Below are positions 15,826 through 24,000 of a stretch of 24,000 bases of DNA, in pieces (within the stretch, counting starts at the first letter, position 1; each line of letters starts with the position of its first letter). The DNA is taken from the NCBI GenBank assembly GCA_051747425.1, contig JBNJGD010000009.1:27778-51777 (forward strand), written 5' to 3'. Source of the DNA: Pseudomonadota bacterium. Lineage in GTDB: Bacteria > Pseudomonadota > Gammaproteobacteria > HTCC5015. The position numbers and the translations under genes are program-made. The notes beneath the pieces are model-generated. The model made no database searches and had not been told where the DNA came from. It saw nothing but the letters and a program-made list of their open reading frames with translations.

Positions 15826-17648
15826 TCGCCGTCGGGTAGCTCGTCTTCCCGTTTTCCAAAACGGCGTCGCTTGGCCTCGGCCGTCAGTACCCGCTCCAGT
15901 TCCTGGTTGTTTTGATGGGAGCGGGTCATGTATTCCTTCTGATCGTCGATGTAATCGATCAGCTCGTGGAGATGGGCCTCGTCCATCCGACGAAATGTCT
16001 CTGCAGCCAGCGCCGTATGCTGCTCGTTGATGCCCATCAACTGCAGCGCCTGTTCCCCCATGCTCATGGCCGAGTGGAAGGTGTCGCGAATGACCACATC
16101 CACGCCGGCCTTGAGCAGTTTCTGGGCCTCGTAGCGGCCCGTAGCCCGGGCCATTATCGTCAGCCGGGGATGGTGCTTTTTGCTGTACTGGGCAATCGAC
16201 ATGACTTTTTCCGGATCGGCCAGGGCCAGCACCAGCAGTTTGGCTTCACCGATGCCCGCCGACTCGAGCAACTCCGGGCGCGAGGCGTCACCAAAAAACA
16301 CCTTCTGACCAAAGCGCCGCACCATCTCCACTTGCTGAACACTGTGATCCAGAACGGTCCCTTCAAAACCGTTGGTGCGCAGGAAGCGCCCCACCACTTG
16401 CCCGAAACGACCGTAGCCGGCCAGTATCACCGGAGTCTCGCCGTCGTCGATAAAATCCGGTTCTGGCTCGTTGCGCCCGCGCCACAATCGGGGGTACAGC
16501 ACGCGCTCGTAAAACAGCATCATCAGCGGCGTCACCGCCATGGACAGGGCCACTGCGAGTATGAGCGGGTCTATCAGCTCGCGCTCGAGTACCGACACGG
16601 ACGCCGCAAAACTGAACAGTACGAAGGCGAACTCGCCGCCCTGGGCCAGGGTCAGCGTGAACAACCAGCGCTGGTCGCGAGCCAGTCCAAAGAGGCGTGC
16701 CAGTACATAGAGCACCACAAACTTGATGGCGATCAGGCCCGTCAGGAGACCCAGGATCAATGCCGTCGAGTCCGCCAATAACTGAAAATCAATGCTGGCA
16801 CCCACCGAGATAAAGAACAGTCCCAGCAGCAGGCTTTTGAAGGGATCGATCTCGGCTTCCAGTTCGTGACGGTACTCACTGTCGGCGAGGACCACGCCGG
16901 CGAGAAAAGTACCCAGGGCCGCCGACAACCCCACCAGGTTCATCAACAATGTGATCCCGATGATCAGCATCAGTGAGGTAGCGGTAAACAACTCGCGCAT
17001 CCTGGCCATCGCCACCAGTCGGAAGAAGGGGCGCACGAGAAAACGCCCGGCGAGGATAATGCTGCCGATCACCGCGCCCACCAGCAGGGTTTGTTGCCAA
17101 CCGGCCAGCTGGCCGTAGAAGGTATCGCTGCCCGGCTCAACACTGGTCATTGCCAGCAGTGGCAACAGCGCCAACAGCGGTATCACCGCCATGTCCTGGA
17201 ACAGCAATACGGAAAAGGCCGAGCGGCCGGCCTCGGTCTTGATCAGCCCTTTTTCACTGAGCATCTGCAGCACAAGGGCGGTAGAGGAGAGAGCCAGAAT
17301 CAGGCCCACGGCCAGCGATTCCCGCCAGGAAAACCCCAGACTGAACCCGGCGACAAAAAGCAGGGCCGCCGTCACCAGTACCTGGGCGCCCCCCAAACCG
17401 AGAATGGGCGTTCGCAAACGCCACAATTTGGCCGGCTCCATTTCCAGACCGATCAAAAACAACATCATCACTACGCCGAGTTCGGCAAAGTGCATGACAT
17501 CGTGGATATCCTTGCCCACCAGGGCCAGCGCGTAGGGGCCAATCACGGCACCGGCAATCAGGTATCCGAGCACCGAGCCAAAACCCAGCCGGCGGGCAAT
17601 GGGAACGGCGATCACCGCGGCAAAAAGGAATACAAAGGCCTGGAACAT
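15822..17648 (-). CDS. CPA2 family monovalent cation:proton antiporter (Kef-like) with TrkA-N domain
   Basis: FQAFVFLFAAVIAVPIARRLGFGSVLGYLIAGAVIGP..., HFAELGVVMMLFLIGLEMEP, C-terminal VILAGYGRFGQVVGRFL. Start ATG 17648 preferred over 17666. Confidence 0.92.
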   Translation of the reverse strand: MFQAFVFLFAAVIAVPIARRLGFGSVLGYLIAGAVIGPYALALVGKDIHDVMHFAELGVVMMLFLIGLEMEPAKLWRLRTPILGLGGAQVLVTAALLFVAGFSLGFSWRESLAVGLILALSSTALVLQMLSEKGLIKTEAGRSAFSVLLFQDMAVIPLLALLPLLAMTSVEPGSDTFYGQLAGWQQTLLVGAVIGSIILAGRFLVRPFFRLVAMARMRELFTATSLMLIIGITLLMNLVGLSAALGTFLAGVVLADSEYRHELEAEIDPFKSLLLGLFFISVGASIDFQLLADSTALILGLLTGLIAIKFVVLYVLARLFGLARDQRWLFTLTLAQGGEFAFVLFSFAASVSVLERELIDPLILAVALSMAVTPLMMLFYERVLYPRLWRGRNEPEPDFIDDGETPVILAGYGRFGQVVGRFLRTNGFEGTVLDHSVQQVEMVRRFGQKVFFGDASRPELLESAGIGEAKLLVLALADPEKVMSIAQYSKKHHPRLTIMARATGRYEAQKLLKAGVDVVIRDTFHSAMSMGEQALQLMGINEQHTALAAETFRRMDEAHLHELIDYIDDQKEYMTRSHQNNQELERVLTAEAKRRRFGKREDELPDGD

Positions 17649-17736
17649 CGGGGAAATGTATCCCAATCAAAGCCACGGGGAAAGAGGTTGCGGGAAAGAT
17701 GGAGTCCGTGGGCTTCCTGGCTCTGTGGTCAGGGAA

Positions 17737-18156
17737 TCACTCTTCTTCGGGGACCCACCAGGTAATTTCCAGATCCTCTTTCTTGCCCCACTCCCGTGCG
17801 GCTTCCACATCGGTGCCCATGAAGATGTCGATCTTTTCGTCCCAGCGCTTGTTCATTTTGTCGCGAACCACATAGTAGCCGGACAGACCCTCGATCTTGA
17901 CCTCGGTCTCGTGGTCCAACCCTTGGGGGATCAGGTCCCGGGAAACGGCGATGGCCTTCATGCCCGGCTCCAGCTGGTCGCCCCAGGCGGCCAGGCCAAC
18001 ATTGCCCTTCTTGGTTTCCTCTTCGCGCATGGTGTAGGCGCTTGCCGTGACTTCCATCGTCTTCGGCTCCCCGGCGGGTTCACAGCCGGTTAGCCCGGTG
18101 GCGCCCACGACGGCGGCGGTGATCAGTAGTGCGTGACTAGACTTCACCTGTTTCAT
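17737..18156 (-). CDS. 3D-domain (Asp-rich beta-barrel) lipoprotein
   Basis: MKQVKSSHALLITAAVVGATGLTGCEP lipobox; MEVTASAYTMRE...AIAVSRDLIPQGLDHETEVKI...YYVVRDKMNKRWDEKIDIFMG matches the 3D-domain pattern. Confidence 0.7.
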   Translation of the reverse strand: MKQVKSSHALLITAAVVGATGLTGCEPAGEPKTMEVTASAYTMREEETKKGNVGLAAWGDQLEPGMKAIAVSRDLIPQGLDHETEVKIEGLSGYYVVRDKMNKRWDEKIDIFMGTDVEAAREWGKKEDLEITWWVPEEE

Positions 18157-18218
18157 GGCCTTGTCCTCTTTCTTTGACACTAACAGGTTAAACCACCACC
18201 GACATCGGGGCTTGAAGA

Positions 18219-18941
18219 TTAAAACCAGGCGGAAAAGCCGACCAGCCAGCGGGTTTCCCGGGTCTCCTCGCCCGCCGCGCGCCTCAGGTCGGCGGTTTGC
18301 CCCAGGGACTGCTCGTGGTGAACGCCAATGTATGGCCCCAGCTCCGGGGCGAACTCATAGCGCAGGCGCAAACCCGCCTCCATCAGGCTGACACCGCTCT
18401 CCTCGGCCTCGTCGGGCCGGTCGCTACCGTTGATGGTCAGCTCCACATCCGGCACCAGCACCCAGCGCTGGGTGATCATAAACTCGTACTCGCTCTCGAG
18501 CCGCAGCTGGCTGTTGCCATCGCCGTCGGCGTAGAGGGCAATGTCCGAATCCCAGTAGTACGGCGCCAGACCCTGAAGGCCCACGGCCAGCCAGTGCTGA
18601 TCGCCGTGGTGGCGGTCATCGTCCACGCGCCAACCGGCATAGGCTTCCCAGTAGGCCGTGACGGCGCGGGCCAGTCGCAGCTGCTGCTCGCTGTGGGCAT
18701 ATTCACCGTCCTCGGCTTCGCCGTGGCTGAGAAACCACAGTTTGGTGAGGTCGTAGCCGGCCCAGGCCTCGAAGTCCCAGGTCTGCACCGGTTCGTCAGC
18801 AGACTTCGGCGCAAAGCGGTGCTCGGCCTGGTGGAGCATGCCTTTTACCAACAGCGGGTCGTCGGGCATTTCCATGGCGTGCAGCACCACACTGAAGAGC
18901 AAGGCAACCAGTGCTATTCCCGCGTAAACAAGATGTCTCAT
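18219..18941 (-). CDS. copB: Copper resistance protein B (CopB-like outer membrane beta-barrel)
   Basis: Signal peptide; EAWAGYDLTKLWFLSHGE, ELRLARAV-like QLRLARAVTAYWEAYAGWR, GLQGLAPYYWDSDIALYAD, ESEYEFMITQRWVLVPDVEL; overlaps copA stop by 4 nt. Confidence 0.92.
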   Translation of the reverse strand: MRHLVYAGIALVALLFSVVLHAMEMPDDPLLVKGMLHQAEHRFAPKSADEPVQTWDFEAWAGYDLTKLWFLSHGEAEDGEYAHSEQQLRLARAVTAYWEAYAGWRVDDDRHHGDQHWLAVGLQGLAPYYWDSDIALYADGDGNSQLRLESEYEFMITQRWVLVPDVELTINGSDRPDEAEESGVSLMEAGLRLRYEFAPELGPYIGVHHEQSLGQTADLRRAAGEETRETRWLVGFSAWF

Positions 18942-20737
18942 GCTTCACCTCCTTCCACACGCACTTCCCGGAACATGCCCAGCATGTGATAGAGCAAGTG
19001 ACAGTGATAGGCCCAGCGCCCCGGTGCATCGGCGCTGACCAGGTAGGAGATCTTGGCCCCCGGCTGGGCAATCACCGTGTGCTTGCGCGGAATGTAGTCG
19101 GGGTCGCCGGTCTCCAGATCGCTCCACATACCGTGGAGGTGGATCGGGTGGTTCATCATGGTGTCGTTAACCAGGGTAATCCGCACCCGCTCGCCGTACT
19201 GTAGTTTCAGTGGCTCGGCATCGGCAAACTTGATGCCGTCCATGGACCACATGTAACGGCTCATATTGCCGGTCAGGTGCAACTGAATCTCCCGCCCCGG
19301 CTCGCGCGGGTCGGGTGTGCCGTGGCGGTGCCTGAGATCGGCGTAGGTCAACACCTTGCGGCCAAGCTTGTCGGCGTGATCGCGCAGGCCGATGCCCGGA
19401 TCGTCCAGACGGTACTGCGGCGCTTCGGCGCGCATGTCGATGTGCGGCCCGAACTCGCTGTCGGCGTGGGCTATTTCGGCCGATGACCCCAAACCGGCAC
19501 CGCCCTCACCCATCGAATCGCGCTTCATGTTGTGGTGGCCATGGTGACCGTGATGGTCGTGACCGCCACCCTGCCCCATGGAGGCCATCGCCATCCCCAT
19601 GTCCCTATGTTGCAACTCGGGCACGGCATCCATGGCCGGCACCTTGCCACGCAGTGACGGGTCGGGGGTCAGCGTGCCGCGGGCGTAACCGCTGCGGTCA
19701 ATGGCCTGGGCGAATACCGTCCAGGCACGATCGTCGGCAGGCTCCACCAATACATCGTAGGTCTCGGCCACGCCGATGCGGAATTCGTCCACCGTCACCG
19801 GCTCAATCGGCTGACCATCGGCCTCGACCACGGTCATTTTCAGGCCCGGTATGCGGACATCAAAAAAGGTCATGGCCGCGGCGTTAATCACCCGCAGGCG
19901 CACGGTTTGCCCGCGCTTGAACAGGCCCACCCAACCGCTGTCGGGGGTCTGGCCGTTCATCAGGAAAGTGTAGGTGTAGCCGGTGACATCGGAAATGTCG
20001 CGACTGCTCATGCGCATCTCGTTCCACATTTTCCGATCCCGCCAGGTTTGCAGCACCCCTTTCTTCTCAATGTCCCGCATCAAATCGGCCGCCGTGCGCT
20101 CCTGGCGATTGTAGAAGTGGGGCAGTTTTTTCAGAGTGGCGTAGATGTCCTCGGGGTCGTCGTCGCTCCAGTCGGAAAGTACCAGCGTGTGCTCCACATC
20201 GCTGTGTATCTCGTCGGCTTCCAGCGGATCGACGATCAGGGCGCCGTAGAGACCGGTCTGCTCCTGAAAACCCGAGTGGCTGTGGTACCAGTAGGTGCCA
20301 CTCTGCTCCAGTTTGAAGCGGTAGCGAAAGGTCTCGCCGGGCTGAATGCCGTCAAAGCTGAGCCCCGGCACACCGTCCATGCCGGTGGGCAGAATAATCC
20401 CGTGCCAATGAATCGAGCTGTCGTGGGGCAAGTGATTGGTGACATCAATGGTCACCGTATCGCCCTCGCGGAAGCGCAGGGTCGGCGCGGGCAAACTGCC
20501 GTTGACCACGGTGGCCCGGCGCTCGCGGCCGGTAAAATTGACCGGCGTCTCGCCAATCTGAAGCTGGATATGGCGGCCGGAGAGCTGCTCGGGACCGTTG
20601 TGGCCGCGCTGGCCCAGACGCTCACGGGTGGCACTATCGACCTGTCCCAGGGAGCGGGCGCTGAGCAGGCTCAGCCCGGCAATGGCGCCGGCGCCGAGCA
20701 CAAAGCGGCGACGACTGTGATGGATGGAGTCTTTCAT
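18938..20737 (-). CDS. copA: Copper resistance multicopper oxidase CopA (Tat-exported)
   Basis: RRRFVLGAGA Tat motif; IHWHGIILP, TYWYHSHSG, HPIHLHGMWSD, WAYHCHLLYHMLGMF; Met/His-rich insert MGMAMASMGQGGGHDHHGHHGHHNM. Confidence 0.96.
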   Translation of the reverse strand: MKDSIHHSRRRFVLGAGAIAGLSLLSARSLGQVDSATRERLGQRGHNGPEQLSGRHIQLQIGETPVNFTGRERRATVVNGSLPAPTLRFREGDTVTIDVTNHLPHDSSIHWHGIILPTGMDGVPGLSFDGIQPGETFRYRFKLEQSGTYWYHSHSGFQEQTGLYGALIVDPLEADEIHSDVEHTLVLSDWSDDDPEDIYATLKKLPHFYNRQERTAADLMRDIEKKGVLQTWRDRKMWNEMRMSSRDISDVTGYTYTFLMNGQTPDSGWVGLFKRGQTVRLRVINAAAMTFFDVRIPGLKMTVVEADGQPIEPVTVDEFRIGVAETYDVLVEPADDRAWTVFAQAIDRSGYARGTLTPDPSLRGKVPAMDAVPELQHRDMGMAMASMGQGGGHDHHGHHGHHNMKRDSMGEGGAGLGSSAEIAHADSEFGPHIDMRAEAPQYRLDDPGIGLRDHADKLGRKVLTYADLRHRHGTPDPREPGREIQLHLTGNMSRYMWSMDGIKFADAEPLKLQYGERVRITLVNDTMMNHPIHLHGMWSDLETGDPDYIPRKHTVIAQPGAKISYLVSADAPGRWAYHCHLLYHMLGMFREVRVEGGEA

Positions 20738-20787
20738 GTTGCACCTTCGGTAAAGTCGGTTGAAATCGCCACCGGATCAGTGGCTCG

Positions 20788-21165
20788 TCAAATACCGGAG
20801 TGCGCGATCGGGGGTCTCAGCAGGCGTTCGCGGTCGGGGCCGGGCAATGTCCGAACCCCGGGGAGGGGCTGAAAAACCAGAGGGCGGAGATCGATCAAAC
20901 CTGCCTGCGCCAACAGCAGGGGGACATGGCTGGCCGCACTGTAGCAGCAGCCACATTTGGACTCGCAGTGGTCGTGAATGGTCTCGCTGGCATCGGAGAC
21001 TTCATGGCAATCGCTTTCGTCCGCGGAGGCCGCGTGGTGCGGCATTTCAACCACCGCTGTCTTCGGCTCCGCCTCGGCTTCCACAGGCGACAACAGGGCG
21101 GCCACCGCCTGCCCGTTAAGCAGCGCAGCGAGGATCACAATGGCCAGTGTTCGAAAGCCGTTCAT
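20788..21165 (-). CDS. copL: Small exported His/Cys-rich protein, CopL-like metal-binding regulatory protein
   Basis: Signal peptide MNGFRTLAIVILAALLNGQAVA; MPHHAASADESDCHEVSDASETIHDHCESKCGCC; located directly upstream of copAB as in the Xanthomonas copLAB order. Confidence 0.55.
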   Translation of the reverse strand: MNGFRTLAIVILAALLNGQAVAALLSPVEAEAEPKTAVVEMPHHAASADESDCHEVSDASETIHDHCESKCGCCYSAASHVPLLLAQAGLIDLRPLVFQPLPGVRTLPGPDRERLLRPPIAHSGI

Positions 21166-21211
21166 AGGAACCATTCTGGCCCTTGCCAGACGCCTGTCAA
21201 CAAGGTTTTGT

Positions 21212-23200
21212 CTATAGTAGCGATGCGAGCAGTCTCTGAAGCACCTTCTCTTTCAATGAACCGGTTTGCCACAGTTTCATTCGCTTCAAGGCGCTTTCAT
21301 GTTGTTTCTGTGGTTTTTTAAACCCACTCTTCGCTATCGCCATGAACAGGCCTGGCTTCGATGCCGACAGGGCTTTGAGCTTCATCAGGGCCGGCAACAG
21401 CTGCTGTTCGATCTCGTCAAAGTCCGTGCCCAGGGGATAGGTGGGAAAGAGGCGCTCGCGCTCGAGGTGTTTCAGCCGCTGTTCAAGCATTTGCGGCGTG
21501 TTGTTCTGAAAGGCCTCGGGAATGCGATAGTCCGCCGGCAGTTTGTGCGCCTTCCTCGCCGCTTCCAACAGCTCCTCCTGAAATCTCGAATCGGCGATAT
21601 TGAGCATGGCGGCATAGACCTCCTGGTCGTTGCGACCGCGCAGGTCAGCGATGCCGTACTCGGTAATCACAATATCGCGCAGATGGCGGGGAATGGTGGT
21701 GTGGCCATAGGCAAAACGGATGTTGGACTGGGCGTCGTCGCCACTGCCCCGCGTGGCCCGCACCAGCAGTATCGAGCGGGCATCGGCGAGCTGATGGGCC
21801 ATGGCGACAAAGTTGTACTGGCCACCGACGCCGCTCAATACGCGCCCGTCCTCCAGACCATCAGATACCACGGCGCCACTCAGGGTGGCCATCAGGCCGG
21901 TGTTGACGAAACGGGCGTGTTGACGCTGGGCCCGGAGCAATTCGGGGTCCCGGGTCAACTGATTGATGCAGCCGATGCTGCTCATATTGATTTTGGCCAG
22001 CAGCTCGGGCGACGCCTCACGCAGCCACTGGTAGAAATCCCGCGGACCGAGGAAGAAGCCGCCGTCGAGAATCTTGCCCCGACTACCCTCGGGTGCCGGT
22101 TCACCACGATTGACCGCGCGCTGGGTTTCCAGGTCGTCGTAGACCTCGCGGCTGATCACTCCCGCATCGATCAAAAAGCGGAAGCCATTGACGAACATTT
22201 CGCTGGAGCCGTAGAGCCCTCGCTCAAAGGGTTCGGTGCCGCCATCGGCGCCGATCAAATCACCGTACCGGGACGGCGCATCGAGCGCCTTGAGCAACTG
22301 GTGGTAATCCTCGGGCTGTCGCTGGCGCAGCAACAGCGCGTGAACCAGAGCGTCGGACATGGCACCGATGCCAATTTGCAGGGTGCCTCCGTCCCGAATC
22401 AATGCACTGGCGTAAAGCCCCATCAGGTAATCGCCCTGGCTCACGGCGTCGTTGGGCGTCGAGAACAGGGTTTTCTGCGTGGCGTCGCTGTCGATCAGCA
22501 CATCAAAAAAGTGACGGTCGATCTCGGCGTCGTTGGGCATAAAGGGCAAGTCGCGCTGAACCTGCCCCACGGTGACTACCCGGCGACCAATGCGCTCCGG
22601 TTCCCGCTCCACCCAGTCCGCCAAATCCAGAGTGACATCCGGGTTACAGCTCAGGCTGACCCGGCAATCGCCCGCAATGTCGCCCTCAACCGCTACCATC
22701 TGGGCCACCAGGTTGGCCCCCTGGTCGATCAGATCCCGGGCCACATGGGTGTAGTTGCTGGAGATGTAGTGTTGCTGAGCGTAGGGCGCACCCAACATAT
22801 CGCCGGGTTTAAAGAAAAATTCACAGACTTCGATATTGTCGGGCACGCGACCGGACTTCACATCGGCCACATAGTCGGGCTCCTCGTAGTCACCGAATAC
22901 GCGCTCCAGAAACGGTCCGGAAAAGCGCGCCTCGATGTCGCTTTTCGCTTTCGGCACCGCCAGACTCAAAGCGGTGATGATTTTGAGCGACAGCGCGGGG
23001 TTTTCCCGCACCCGGCGATAGAGCGCGTTGACGAAGGCCACCGGCTTGCCCAGCCCCAGGGGAATACCCAGAACAATGCGATCGCCCAGCAACTCCAGCA
23101 CCGCATCCACGGCGGTCTCGGTGTCCCGGTGCGCCTGCGGGGCGCGCTCGCGGTCGACAATCGACTGGCTATCCAATGTTGTTACCTCTGTGTCTGACAT
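21212..23200 (-). CDS. Acetyl-CoA hydrolase/transferase family protein
   Basis: GIPLGLGKPVAFVNALYRR, LQIGIGAMSDALVHALL, GADGGTEPFERGLYGSSEMFVNGF, SGVGGQYNFVAMAHQLADARSILLVRATR, ITEYGIADLRGRNDQEVYAAMLNIAD. Confidence 0.9.
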   Translation of the reverse strand: MSDTEVTTLDSQSIVDRERAPQAHRDTETAVDAVLELLGDRIVLGIPLGLGKPVAFVNALYRRVRENPALSLKIITALSLAVPKAKSDIEARFSGPFLERVFGDYEEPDYVADVKSGRVPDNIEVCEFFFKPGDMLGAPYAQQHYISSNYTHVARDLIDQGANLVAQMVAVEGDIAGDCRVSLSCNPDVTLDLADWVEREPERIGRRVVTVGQVQRDLPFMPNDAEIDRHFFDVLIDSDATQKTLFSTPNDAVSQGDYLMGLYASALIRDGGTLQIGIGAMSDALVHALLLRQRQPEDYHQLLKALDAPSRYGDLIGADGGTEPFERGLYGSSEMFVNGFRFLIDAGVISREVYDDLETQRAVNRGEPAPEGSRGKILDGGFFLGPRDFYQWLREASPELLAKINMSSIGCINQLTRDPELLRAQRQHARFVNTGLMATLSGAVVSDGLEDGRVLSGVGGQYNFVAMAHQLADARSILLVRATRGSGDDAQSNIRFAYGHTTIPRHLRDIVITEYGIADLRGRNDQEVYAAMLNIADSRFQEELLEAARKAHKLPADYRIPEAFQNNTPQMLEQRLKHLERERLFPTYPLGTDFDEIEQQLLPALMKLKALSASKPGLFMAIAKSGFKKPQKQHESALKRMKLWQTGSLKEKVLQRLLASLL

Positions 23201-23278
23201 GTCACTCGCTCTTCTCTACCAGCTTGCCCGTTTGTACGCCATGCTGCCGCGCTTTTCCAGCCTTTGTCTGCAGACATA

Positions 23279-23306
23279 AAAAAGCCCGCCGGTTGGCGGG
23301 CTTTTT
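23279..23306. terminator. Rho-independent terminator (for mdh on the minus strand; structurally bidirectional)
   Basis: AAAAAGCCCGCC-GGTT-GGCGGGCTTTTT: perfect 12-bp stem with U-tracts both ways. Confidence 0.9.
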
Positions 23307-23328
23307 CTGGCGGGGTTGTCAGAAAACC

Positions 23329-24000
23329 CTAGAGCAGGTTTTCCACCGCCGACTTCTCTTCCAGCAGTTCCTGCTCGGTAGCGCGCATACGCTTGCGGCT
23401 GAACTCGCTGATCTCCAGCCCCTCGACCGGCTTGTAGTCACCATTCTCACAGACCATGGGGAAGGAGTAGATGATGTCCTCATCAATATCGTACCCATTG
23501 CCCTTGGAGAACACGCCCATGCTGACCCACTCGCCGTCCGAGCCGAGGGCCCAGCTGCGCATGTGATCGATGGCCGCGGAGGCGGCAGAGGCCGCCGAGG
23601 AGGCGCCGCGAGCCTTGATGATGGCTGCGCCGCGCTGCTGAACCGTGGGAATGAAATCGTCTTCCAGCCAGTCCTGGTCAACCAGGTCGGAAGCGGCTTT
23701 GCCCTTGACCTCGGCAAAGCTGATATCGGGGTACTGAGTCGCCGAGTGGTTGCCCCAAACGGCCATTTTGGTGATATCGCTGACATGACTCTCGGTCTTT
23801 TGAGCCAGCTGGGTCAACGCGCGGTTGTGATCCAGGCGCATCATCGCGGTGATATTGCGCGGGTTCAGGTCCGGGGCGTTTTTCATCGTAATCAGGGCGT
23901 TGGTGTTGGCGGGGTTGCCCACCACCAGAACGCGCACATCGCGGCTGGCGTTGTCGTTGAGTGCCTTGCCCTGGGCCGAGAAGATCTGGGCGTTGGCCTG
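23329..24000 (-). CDS. mdh: Malate dehydrogenase, C-terminal two-thirds (5' end outside window)
   Basis: The minus-strand frame continues to the window edge: [45 protein letters not shown]...[16 protein letters not shown]...[12 protein letters not shown]. Confidence 0.95.
   Translation of the reverse strand, partial: QANAQIFSAQGKALNDNASRDVRVLVVGNPANTNALITMKNAPDLNPRNITAMMRLDHNRALTQLAQKTESHVSDITKMAVWGNHSATQYPDISFAEVKGKAASDLVDQDWLEDDFIPTVQQRGAAIIKARGASSAASAASAAIDHMRSWALGSDGEWVSMGVFSKGNGYDIDEDIIYSFPMVCENGDYKPVEGLEISEFSRKRMRATEQELLEEKSAVENLL

Noticed and set aside
21266-23197. 643-aa plus-strand ORF opposite the acetyl-CoA hydrolase/transferase gene
   Set aside because: Antisense shadow, His/Gln/Arg-rich with no motifs; the minus-strand gene has strong family motifs throughout.
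1-24000. CRISPR arrays, phage genes, insertion sequences, tRNAs or rRNAs
   Set aside because: No regularly spaced repeats, transposase or phage motifs, or tRNA/rRNA-like sequences were seen by eye; tRNAscan and a repeat finder would be needed to exclude them formally.

Overview
This window looks like ordinary chromosomal DNA from a GC-rich gammaproteobacterium, judged only from gene content. No CRISPR array, rRNA, tRNA or transposase is visible. Contents in order: the 3' end of a secreted protein with a DNase I/sphingomyelinase-like terminus plus jacalin-like and ricin-B-like lectin domains; umuC and umuD; a membrane EAL-domain protein; a small Cys-rich exported protein; a periplasmic rhodanese; a DoxX-family protein; an AhpD-like/TetR divergent pair and a second DoxX-like gene. 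Next is a same-strand block, read right to left: lipoprotein SAM-methyltransferase, arsS-type radical SAM, TVP38-flavoprotein disulfide reductase fusion, arsM-type methyltransferase, ECF sigma, zinc-finger anti-sigma. After that come a DEAD-box helicase, a CPA2 antiporter, a 3D-domain lipoprotein, a copL/copA/copB-like locus, an acetyl-CoA hydrolase/transferase and partial mdh. The strongest unexplained signal is an exact bipartite motif, TGTAAGA-N16-GACT. It occurs upstream of three genes: doxX at 5348, the lipoprotein methyltransferase at 13741 and arsS at 12813. I read it as an ECF-sigma promoter, which would make the arsenosugar-like block plus a distant doxX one regulon. Other signals are paired palindromic TetR-type operators 33 bp apart and a GTTC-N7-GTTC (alphaproteobacterial LexA-like) box in front of umuD.
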